Shown here piece after piece: positions 56,855-64,000 of a stretch of 64,000 nt of DNA (positions are counted from its first letter, which is position 1; each line of letters starts with the position of its first letter). The notes under the pieces are model-generated. The model was not told the origin of the DNA and did no database searches. It worked only from the letters and a program-made list of their open reading frames with translations. The stretch is taken from IMG/VR virus record IMGVR_UViG_3300047994_000374, positions 62,001 through 126,000 of that record, one strand, 5' to 3'. A program made the translations under genes and the position numbers.

Positions 56855-59041
56855 ATGACAATAATTAAAGAAAGTTTCAGCTTTGATGATCTTATGCTTC
56901 AGCCTAAGTATTCCGAAATTAAATCTCGTTCTGAAGTAAATTTATCTGTTCAGGCTACAAAGGGATTTCGATTTGATCACCCTATCGTTCCAAGTAATAT
57001 GAAAACGATTATGGGATATGATTTAGCCAAAGAAAATCTATTAAGTGGCGGATTAACTATTCTTCATCGCTTCATGCCGCTTGATGAACAATTAGGGCTG
57101 GTTGAAAAATTAAAACAAGTTCGAAGTGATTGGTCTAATTTTCTCGGAACTTCTGTTGGTGTAAAGCCAGAAGATAAAACTGCCGTTGATGAATTTGTAA
57201 AAGCGGGAGTTCGTATCCTAACAATCGATATAGCACACGGTCATAGTTTATCATGCATTGAAATGTGTAAGTATATTTCGACAACTTATCCTGATGTTCT
57301 TTTGATCGCTGGTAATGTTGCTACTGGTGAAGGTGCAAAAGATTTGTGGGAAGCTGGTGCAGATATAGTAAAATGCGGAATTGGGCAAGGTTGTTTCGGC
57401 GCCGGGACCAGAGTTTTAATGTCTAATGGTTTTTACAAAAATATTGAAGACATTAATCCTGGTGATTTTGTCATTAATAAAAATGGTAAGGCAATTAAAG
57501 TATTAAATGCTTTTTCTACTGGAATTAAAAAAGTCTCAAAATTAAAAAATAATTCCTTTTATACTGACACTTATGTTACACCAAATCATCAATTTTGGGT
57601 TGGAGATTTATCATCTGTTTCAAAGGCATCTGTAGCATCTAAGGGTTATGCTAAAATATTAGATAAGCAGAGCAAAACTAAACCAAAAACCTCTAAATAT
57701 AAATGGAAGGCAATATCAGATGCTCAAAATGATATATTATTATTGCCTAAAAATATAAAATTTAATTTACCAGATACATTTGAAATTATTTTAGATAAAC
57801 GCGATTGTGGTAATTGGAGAACGGGTGCCACTCACTCAAACGATAGTAAAATTACTCCATCTTATGATAGTGGCTACTTATTTGGAACATTTCTTGGTGA
57901 TGAACGCTCTTTATCAACTGAGCATAAGGGATCGCATATCGGAAATGTAAGGTGGTATTTTGGAAAAGAAGAATTAGATGTCGCCAATAAATTATCCTTA
58001 TGTATTAAAAATATCTTTGATAAAGATACTGCAATAACTTATAAAAAAAATATTATAGATGTTGCTTTTTACTATAAGCCATTGGGTGATTTTTTAGATT
58101 CTTTTGGCAAACATACTGGAAAACATTTGCCTGAAAATTTACTTGTCAATAATAAAAAATATTTACAGGGACTATATGATGGATTGATGGATAGTGATGG
58201 GCATTATTCAAAAGATGGAAGAGATGTTTTTTGCAATACGTCCCCCAAACTTATAGAATTATTTAATACATTAAATTTTATACTTAATGGTTATATGCCA
58301 AACAACTCTAATAGGGGCAAACAAATTGGAGGTTTAAAGAGTTGCAATCCAGATAATTTAAATGATGCCTACATATCACGAACAATGAAACGTCCAGAGT
58401 ATCGATTTACTAAAGACTATTTTGTTGTTAAAAATTTAAATTATGAAGAATTAGATTTAGAAATGGAAGTTTTTGATATTACTGTAGATTGTGATACGCA
58501 TAGCTTTATTGCAAATAATATGGTTGTTCATAATTCAATTTGTACTACCAGAGTTCAAACTGGTAATGGCGTTCCCGCGATAACAACTTTAATGGATGCC
58601 TTTGAAGCAAGAAAAGAATTGTTATTATCAGGGCGAATTAACAAAGACCGTCAATTGTTTATTATGAATGATGGTGGCGCGAAGGCTTCAGGCTGCTTTG
58701 TAAAGGGTTTGTGTTTCGCAGACCTAATGATGACTGGAAATGTCTTTGCGGGCTGCATAGAGGTTCCTGGCGAAACTATAACAGGTTCCGATGGCGCTAC
58801 CTACAAACGCTATGAAGGAAGCTCTACCCATAAAAATAATCATATTGAAGGTGTCAAAGCGATTGTCCATGAAAAGGGTCATTTCAAAGATATCCTTCAA
58901 GGACTATTCGATGGGATAAAAAGTGGTTGTTCTTACCAGGGTATTAGCAACTTAATTGATTTAAAGAGAGATCCGCAATTCGTTAAAATATCAAATGCTG
59001 GCTTAACAGAATCAAAACCACACGATGTTATTATTCAGTAA
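56855..59041 (+). CDS. guaB: IMP dehydrogenase/GMP reductase family enzyme (no CBS domains), intein-containing
   Basis: FDDL..QP; IDIAHGH; AGNVAT; GIGQG/SICTTR catalytic loop; spliced length 347 aa; guaB versus guaC not resolved. Confidence 0.8.
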   Translation: MTIIKESFSFDDLMLQPKYSEIKSRSEVNLSVQATKGFRFDHPIVPSNMKTIMGYDLAKENLLSGGLTILHRFMPLDEQLGLVEKLKQVRSDWSNFLGTSVGVKPEDKTAVDEFVKAGVRILTIDIAHGHSLSCIEMCKYISTTYPDVLLIAGNVATGEGAKDLWEAGADIVKCGIGQGCFGAGTRVLMSNGFYKNIEDINPGDFVINKNGKAIKVLNAFSTGIKKVSKLKNNSFYTDTYVTPNHQFWVGDLSSVSKASVASKGYAKILDKQSKTKPKTSKYKWKAISDAQNDILLLPKNIKFNLPDTFEIILDKRDCGNWRTGATHSNDSKITPSYDSGYLFGTFLGDERSLSTEHKGSHIGNVRWYFGKEELDVANKLSLCIKNIFDKDTAITYKKNIIDVAFYYKPLGDFLDSFGKHTGKHLPENLLVNNKKYLQGLYDGLMDSDGHYSKDGRDVFCNTSPKLIELFNTLNFILNGYMPNNSNRGKQIGGLKSCNPDNLNDAYISRTMKRPEYRFTKDYFVVKNLNYEELDLEMEVFDITVDCDTHSFIANNMVVHNSICTTRVQTGNGVPAITTLMDAFEARKELLLSGRINKDRQLFIMNDGGAKASGCFVKGLCFADLMMTGNVFAGCIEVPGETITGSDGATYKRYEGSSTHKNNHIEGVKAIVHEKGHFKDILQGLFDGIKSGCSYQGISNLIDLKRDPQFVKISNAGLTESKPHDVIIQ
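57392..58534 (+). mobile_element. Intein with LAGLIDADG homing endonuclease (381 aa)
   Basis: Starts CFGAGT, ends VVHN, followed by Ser; YLFGTFLGD and YLQGLYDGLMDSDG blocks. Confidence 0.9.
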
Positions 59042-59054
59042 GAAAGAATATTAA

Positions 59055-59660
59055 ATGAATAAATCACAAATCAAAAGAATATTAAATCGGACTCTTCTTA
59101 TTGGAGCCGACATTTGTAAGCAAGAACTCTCAATTCCAAATTCAGGCGGACGGCGAAGAGATATTAAAGGCAAGAGCATTGAAAATTATGTCAATACGCT
59201 TATTACCCAAGTAATTAAAGATAAAAATTTGCCATATGCGATAAAACAAAATTATACCATTCAGTTCGAAAAAGATTATTCAATAAATGCAGACCATGTT
59301 GTATTAAATAATAAGAATTCGCCTTTATTTATAATTGAATCCAAAGATTATGCTGACTCGAATATGTTAGCCAGTCTTATGTTTAAATCACAAAGCATGA
59401 TCAAAAAGTATAAGAATTCAAAATGCATTGGGATTTTTATGCAGGAGTCTGGTCAAGGTATTCATCAAGTCGAAACGATGAAGAAGTATAATGGTATTCC
59501 TAAAAACAAAATGTCAGTATATAATTTTGAAGGCTCATGTTCTGTATTCAATCGAAAACGCAATCCATCAAATACCACTTATATTCTTGATTATATGGTG
59601 GAAGAACTTATTGATTATACTCAAGGACTTTACAACTACCTTTATAAAACTATCAAATGA
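59055..59660 (+). CDS. Putative PD-(D/E)xK restriction endonuclease
   Basis: G..IE...ADHV...IIESK; ATGA-coupled to the MTase. Confidence 0.55.
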   Translation: MNKSQIKRILNRTLLIGADICKQELSIPNSGGRRRDIKGKSIENYVNTLITQVIKDKNLPYAIKQNYTIQFEKDYSINADHVVLNNKNSPLFIIESKDYADSNMLASLMFKSQSMIKKYKNSKCIGIFMQESGQGIHQVETMKKYNGIPKNKMSVYNFEGSCSVFNRKRNPSNTTYILDYMVEELIDYTQGLYNYLYKTIK

Positions 59661-60730
59661 ATTTTAATCTTATTGAAAAGATAGGCGAAGGCAATAACTA
59701 TCTTTACAATGGAGATAATTTAAAAGTCTTATCTGAAATTAAAAGCACTTACAAAAACAAAGTCGATCTCATTTATATTGACCCTCCCTACAACACGGGC
59801 AAGAAGATGGGCAAGTATAATGACAATTTTTCTTCCCATGAAAATTGGATCACTTTCATGGAGCCTCGACTTACTTTGGCTCGTGAATTTTTATCGGAAT
59901 CTGGAACGATCTTCATTAGCATTGGAGAGAACGAAGAGGCGCATTTAAAACTTCTTTGTGATAAAATCTTCGGTGAAAAGAATCGAGCCTCTACAATCAT
60001 ATGGCAATGCAAATATACTGTCTCAAATGATAAGTCGGGTATCTCATCACAAACCGAATACATTTTAGTTTATGCAAAGGATATTAAAAATATAGCTATA
60101 AATCCAGATCCATTGCGTCCTAAATATGTAAAAACTTCCTACAAAAATCCCGACAATGATGCTCGTGGCTTATGGAGAGGTGGTGTTCAATTATTCAAAA
60201 AGAAAAACAAACATTCCTATACCGTAACATCTCCTACGGGTAAAGAATGGACTATGCCCTGGAACTACAGTGAAGAACGATGGAAGAGTTATTTAGAAGC
60301 AAATGACTTAATCTATTGGGGGGAGAGCGGAGATACTCGTCCGGTTAAAAAGGTCTTTCTCAAAAATAATAAGGGCGTCAAGATTAAAAACTTATGGTTA
60401 GGTGATGAGGTCGGATACACTGCAGATGGTGGAGATGAGCTTGAAGAATTGCTTGGAGATAGAAACGAATTCATTTATCCTAAACCTGTAAAGCTTATGA
60501 AACGGATTATTCAAATTGCAAGTAAGCCCAATTCTTTGATGATGGACTTCTTTGCTGGAAGCGGGACTTTTGGACAAGCCGCTCTTGAATTGAATGCCGA
60601 AAATGATTACAATAGGAACTTCATACTTATTACCAATAACGAAAATAACATTTGTGATGGTGTTTGTTTGCCACGATTAAAAAAGGTGATTGGTAAAGTT
60701 GGTGGCAGTTTAAATTATTTTGGAGAATGA
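59657..60730 (+). CDS. Beta-class amino-DNA methyltransferase (Mod-like)
   Basis: GDNL; IYIDPPY precedes PKP...DFFAGSGT. Confidence 0.9.
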   Translation: MNFNLIEKIGEGNNYLYNGDNLKVLSEIKSTYKNKVDLIYIDPPYNTGKKMGKYNDNFSSHENWITFMEPRLTLAREFLSESGTIFISIGENEEAHLKLLCDKIFGEKNRASTIIWQCKYTVSNDKSGISSQTEYILVYAKDIKNIAINPDPLRPKYVKTSYKNPDNDARGLWRGGVQLFKKKNKHSYTVTSPTGKEWTMPWNYSEERWKSYLEANDLIYWGESGDTRPVKKVFLKNNKGVKIKNLWLGDEVGYTADGGDELEELLGDRNEFIYPKPVKLMKRIIQIASKPNSLMMDFFAGSGTFGQAALELNAENDYNRNFILITNNENNICDGVCLPRLKKVIGKVGGSLNYFGE

Positions 60731-61001
60731 TATGACGGAAGATAATTCATACAGCACCTATTTTTTGGGAGATTATCTTATCGCGTATGATCCGAATATC
60801 TTGGTTAAAAAATATGAATGCAAAGATTTCCATAGCATTAGTTTTTTGATTGGCGATTGGGAATATTGTTTGGTTCATAATTATGTTATAGGTGATAGGA
60901 TTTTAATTAGTTCAAAGATGGGCGATAGTAGAGATATACCTTTTAAAGTTGAAACATTTAGATTTTTACCAGAGAAAGTGAATGCGAGGAAAATAAAATG
61001 A
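60720..61001 (+). CDS. Hypothetical protein
   Basis: ORF track, overlaps neighbours. Confidence 0.6.
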   Translation: MENDMTEDNSYSTYFLGDYLIAYDPNILVKKYECKDFHSISFLIGDWEYCLVHNYVIGDRILISSKMGDSRDIPFKVETFRFLPEKVNARKIK

Positions 61002-61735
61002 CTGAATTTGATATGAAGCAGTTTTTTGGTAGTGAGAAAGTATTGGATAAAGGTCATGTTGAATTGATCGATGGAATGGTGACCGATCCTCGTTTAAAGA
61101 TTGTTAATGCGGCGCGCGTATCATTCAATAAAGAAGTGCAAGAATTGTCTGAAAAAGATATTAAGCTCATTAAATTTTTACATGAGCATGAGCATTACTC
61201 TACTTTTAGACATTCTTATTTTTCATTTCGAATTAAAGCACCTCTTATGGTTTTCAGACAGTGGTGGAAATATCAAGTAGGATGTGATTGGATTGAAAAT
61301 GAAAATGTAGGAACTATTGAGATCCCCGAGACAAATTGGAATGAGGCTTCGGGAAGATATGTGCATTTTACACCTGATTTTTATATTCCAGAAGAAATTC
61401 GAATTCAATCAAAAAATAATAAACAGGGTAGTGAAGGTAAATTAGAAATATTACAAAATGGTGAAGATCCCGTGAAATTCTTTAATGACGCTTGTAATTA
61501 TATGTTCGCCCGATATACGGAAATAGTTAATTCTGGCGGAGCAAAAGAACAAGCTCGAATGCTTCTTCCACAAAATATTTATTCAGAATGTATTTGGACA
61601 GTTAGCTTACAAGGCGTATTGTATTTCTTGCATCAACGACTGAAATCTGATGCTCAATTCGAAATTAGAAAATATGCCACTTCTGTTGCTAATTTAATAT
61701 TACCTATTATAAAACCATTAGAAATTAATATGTAA
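60998..61735 (+). CDS. thyX: FAD-dependent thymidylate synthase
   Basis: VNAARVSF; H.STF.H; NEASGRY; KEQARMLLP; AQFEIR. Confidence 0.88.
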   Translation: MTEFDMKQFFGSEKVLDKGHVELIDGMVTDPRLKIVNAARVSFNKEVQELSEKDIKLIKFLHEHEHYSTFRHSYFSFRIKAPLMVFRQWWKYQVGCDWIENENVGTIEIPETNWNEASGRYVHFTPDFYIPEEIRIQSKNNKQGSEGKLEILQNGEDPVKFFNDACNYMFARYTEIVNSGGAKEQARMLLPQNIYSECIWTVSLQGVLYFLHQRLKSDAQFEIRKYATSVANLILPIIKPLEINM

Positions 61736-62113
61736 TTAAAATCCTGGGTTAGCAATCCAAAATGAACCAGTATAAATTACTGTCCAAGCATTAAATGAAG
61801 TTGACGTTTGGGGCGTATATCATATAATCATCCAATCTGAAATTCCATCATAAATTAAAGTCACGGAGCCCCTAGCAGTAGTAATTTTGGTGCTTGAAGC
61901 TCCATCAATCGTTTGTCCGCTATTAGCTAAAATAGTTATATTATATGTATCAGCGTGCCCGGACTGATCTTTAACAACTAATATCTGACCAGCTATTGGA
62001 TGTAGTGATGTCGTTAAATTATAAGCATTGGATACATTTACTAAAACAGTCAAATCTCCATTAGCTGCCGTTGATGATGTACCAGAAGTAATTTTAACGA
62101 TTTCACTTTTTTC
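61736..62113 (-). pseudogene. Two in-frame orphan fibre-protein C-termini
   Basis: Same frame as 62114-64000 but after its TAA: EKSEIV...YDGISDWMII*, then YTPQ...VIYTGSFWIANPGF*. Confidence 0.55.
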
Positions 62114-64000
62114 TTAAATAACCGTCCAAGTAGGCGTTAATAATTTCGTAGAAGATATACTCATTTCTTCGTAGCCCGCGCTCAATACTAAATGAGTATC
62201 ATCTGTAATAGATTTAACTATATAGTATTTGTCCGGATCTGAACTAAAATATACAGGTTGATTTACTTTTAATAAAGTAGTAAATGATGTGCCCGTTCCA
62301 GTAACATTTGCATTAAGCGCATTTAAAGATACTGTTCCATTTATTTGTAGTGGAGCACAACTCAGATAAGCTTTTTGTCCTGGATTTATTGGCACCGTCG
62401 CGTTTGCATTACAACCAACGTTAATATTATAATTTGTATAGTTATAAATAATTCTTTCATACCCGGCAATACATGGTAAAAATAAATTATGCGATGTTGT
62501 CATAACATTATTTGTATCTTGTACATAAATTGTTTTCCATAAGAAATCATTAACTAAAGCGGTGTAATCAGTGTCTGTTACCCAGTTAATTGTATGTGAG
62601 CTTAATTCTTGCGGCGTAATGTAAACGGGTCCTTGAATTCCATATCCATCTTCAGGCATCCAAGGCTCATAGAATGGTAAATATATGGTCGTAGCAGTTG
62701 CTGTGGTTCCCGAATAAGCTTGCGTCAATGTGAATGTAGTACTCGATGTGACTGTCGAGGCGACAATATATTTTGAATTTGGCTGCGTAATGAAAGTAAC
62801 TGGAGCGCCAGCAATAAATGTTTGTGCTGTTGATGCGGTAACGGTATTCGATCCATTAATGACATGGAAGGTGCCAACTGCGGTGATATTTTTATTATCT
62901 GGATAATATCTTTGACCAGACAATCGAATAGGCCCTGTTCGAAATCCATCTAATGTAACTGGTTCAAAATGAAATATACCTTGAGTTGGTAATGACCCGC
63001 CGATGTCCAAATCTAAAATAGCCTCAATATTTGTAGCTTGACACCCTCCCATTCTAAATAATGGAATACCTGGGCTTGTCGCTAATGCAATAGCGCCACC
63101 AAAAATATTCAATTGTGATAGTGATCCAATAAACATTGCACAATCTGTCACAAAAGTTTGGTCATCATAAATGTAATTATCTATAATTGTAGCTGGTTGC
63201 CCAGGACTAACATCTGCAAAAAAATAAGCTCCGAAGCCAGATGGAACAATGTATAAATTTGAAAACAATCCTCCACACTGTGATGTAATTGCCCAACCAT
63301 TTGAAACAATTTGTGTATTACTTACTTCTACGAATGCTGATCCCTGATCTATTCCAATACCAAAATTCCAATAATTACCAGCGGCGTTGCCTTGAACTTG
63401 GATAACACAATCTGATATTCGGGTTCTATAAGAGAATTGACAAATTTCTAATCCTCGACTGTAAGAGAAAAAATTACAACGACTTATATTGCTATTGAGC
63501 AATGCGCTTGTAGTAATACATGCGCCTATACTTTGGAACTGTAGATCGCTAACATTTGATCCAATAGAATAATTGTCTCCCCAAGGTTGAAATCTAAGCC
63601 AAACATGATATGGATTTAAATTGTAATTTACTGTTGTTGATTGTGCTATAATGTAGCCTGCCGCCAAATTTGGACTTCCAAAGCCTGTTGGGGCTGGAAC
63701 TACGGGTCGATGGGCGCTACTGAAATTTACTAAAAATGCCGTTAGTCGATTAATTAAAATTAGCTCAGATGTTGGAGCGGTAAAATTTGCATTATAAATG
63801 GCTTGTTGACACATTCTAACAGAACCATATTGAAACCCCGTTCCATAATTATATGCAAGATCGCCAACAGTAATGCCCCAACCCGAAACATCCTGACCAA
63901 TCATAATCGTTTCATAATTATTTTGAACGATAGTTCCCGTTGCAGTGGTAGAAGTTTTAGTACCATTAACAAAAACACACAAGTGAATTCCATCATAAGT
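62114..64000 (-). CDS. Tail fibre/spike-like structural protein (5' end outside the window)
   Basis: Over 620 aa, T/G/N-rich; lectin-like then beta-helix-like segments; VTGTGTSFT repeats. Confidence 0.65.
   Translation of the reverse strand, partial: TYDGIHLCVFVNGTKTSTTATGTIVQNNYETIMIGQDVSGWGITVGDLAYNYGTGFQYGSVRMCQQAIYNANFTAPTSELILINRLTAFLVNFSSAHRPVVPAPTGFGSPNLAAGYIIAQSTTVNYNLNPYHVWLRFQPWGDNYSIGSNVSDLQFQSIGACITTSALLNSNISRCNFFSYSRGLEICQFSYRTRISDCVIQVQGNAAGNYWNFGIGIDQGSAFVEVSNTQIVSNGWAITSQCGGLFSNLYIVPSGFGAYFFADVSPGQPATIIDNYIYDDQTFVTDCAMFIGSLSQLNIFGGAIALATSPGIPLFRMGGCQATNIEAILDLDIGGSLPTQGIFHFEPVTLDGFRTGPIRLSGQRYYPDNKNITAVGTFHVINGSNTVTASTAQTFIAGAPVTFITQPNSKYIVASTVTSSTTFTLTQAYSGTTATATTIYLPFYEPWMPEDGYGIQGPVYITPQELSSHTINWVTDTDYTALVNDFLWKTIYVQDTNNVMTTSHNLFLPCIAGYERIIYNYTNYNINVGCNANATVPINPGQKAYLSCAPLQINGTVSLNALNANVTGTGTSFTTLLKVNQPVYFSSDPDKYYIVKSITDDTHLVLSAGYEEMSISSTKLLTPTWTVI

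Overview
AT-rich window from a large (jumbo-type) bacteriophage genome with three zones. (1) 1-29.8 kb: about 80 small, co-oriented minus-strand genes (early/host-takeover-like). Most carry a TTCCCATT box 23-26 nt before the start codon. From 22.3 to 29.8 kb they form repeated cassettes: terminator, two face-to-face sigma54-type (-24/-12) elements, box, then gene(s). One tRNA-Leu(UAA) is present. (2) About 29.6-30.0 kb: a sharp G/C-skew flip with tandem repeats and 11 stacked in-frame stop codons, followed by a tandem array (30-48 kb, about 30 members) of divergent ~100-aa CPxC...C...H zinc-finger genes sharing a C-terminal K-L-x-A/S/G-F-L motif. (3) 43-64 kb: homing-type endonucleases, RF2 (prfB), IF-1 (infA), dut, HD hydrolase, SET protein, DEDDh exonuclease, intein-containing GuaB/GuaC-family gene, a putative R-M pair, thyX, and the 3' part of a fibre-like structural gene followed by in-frame orphan C-termini. 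A myxobacterial-type host is inferred, not shown. All family calls come from motifs read by eye; no database searches were run.
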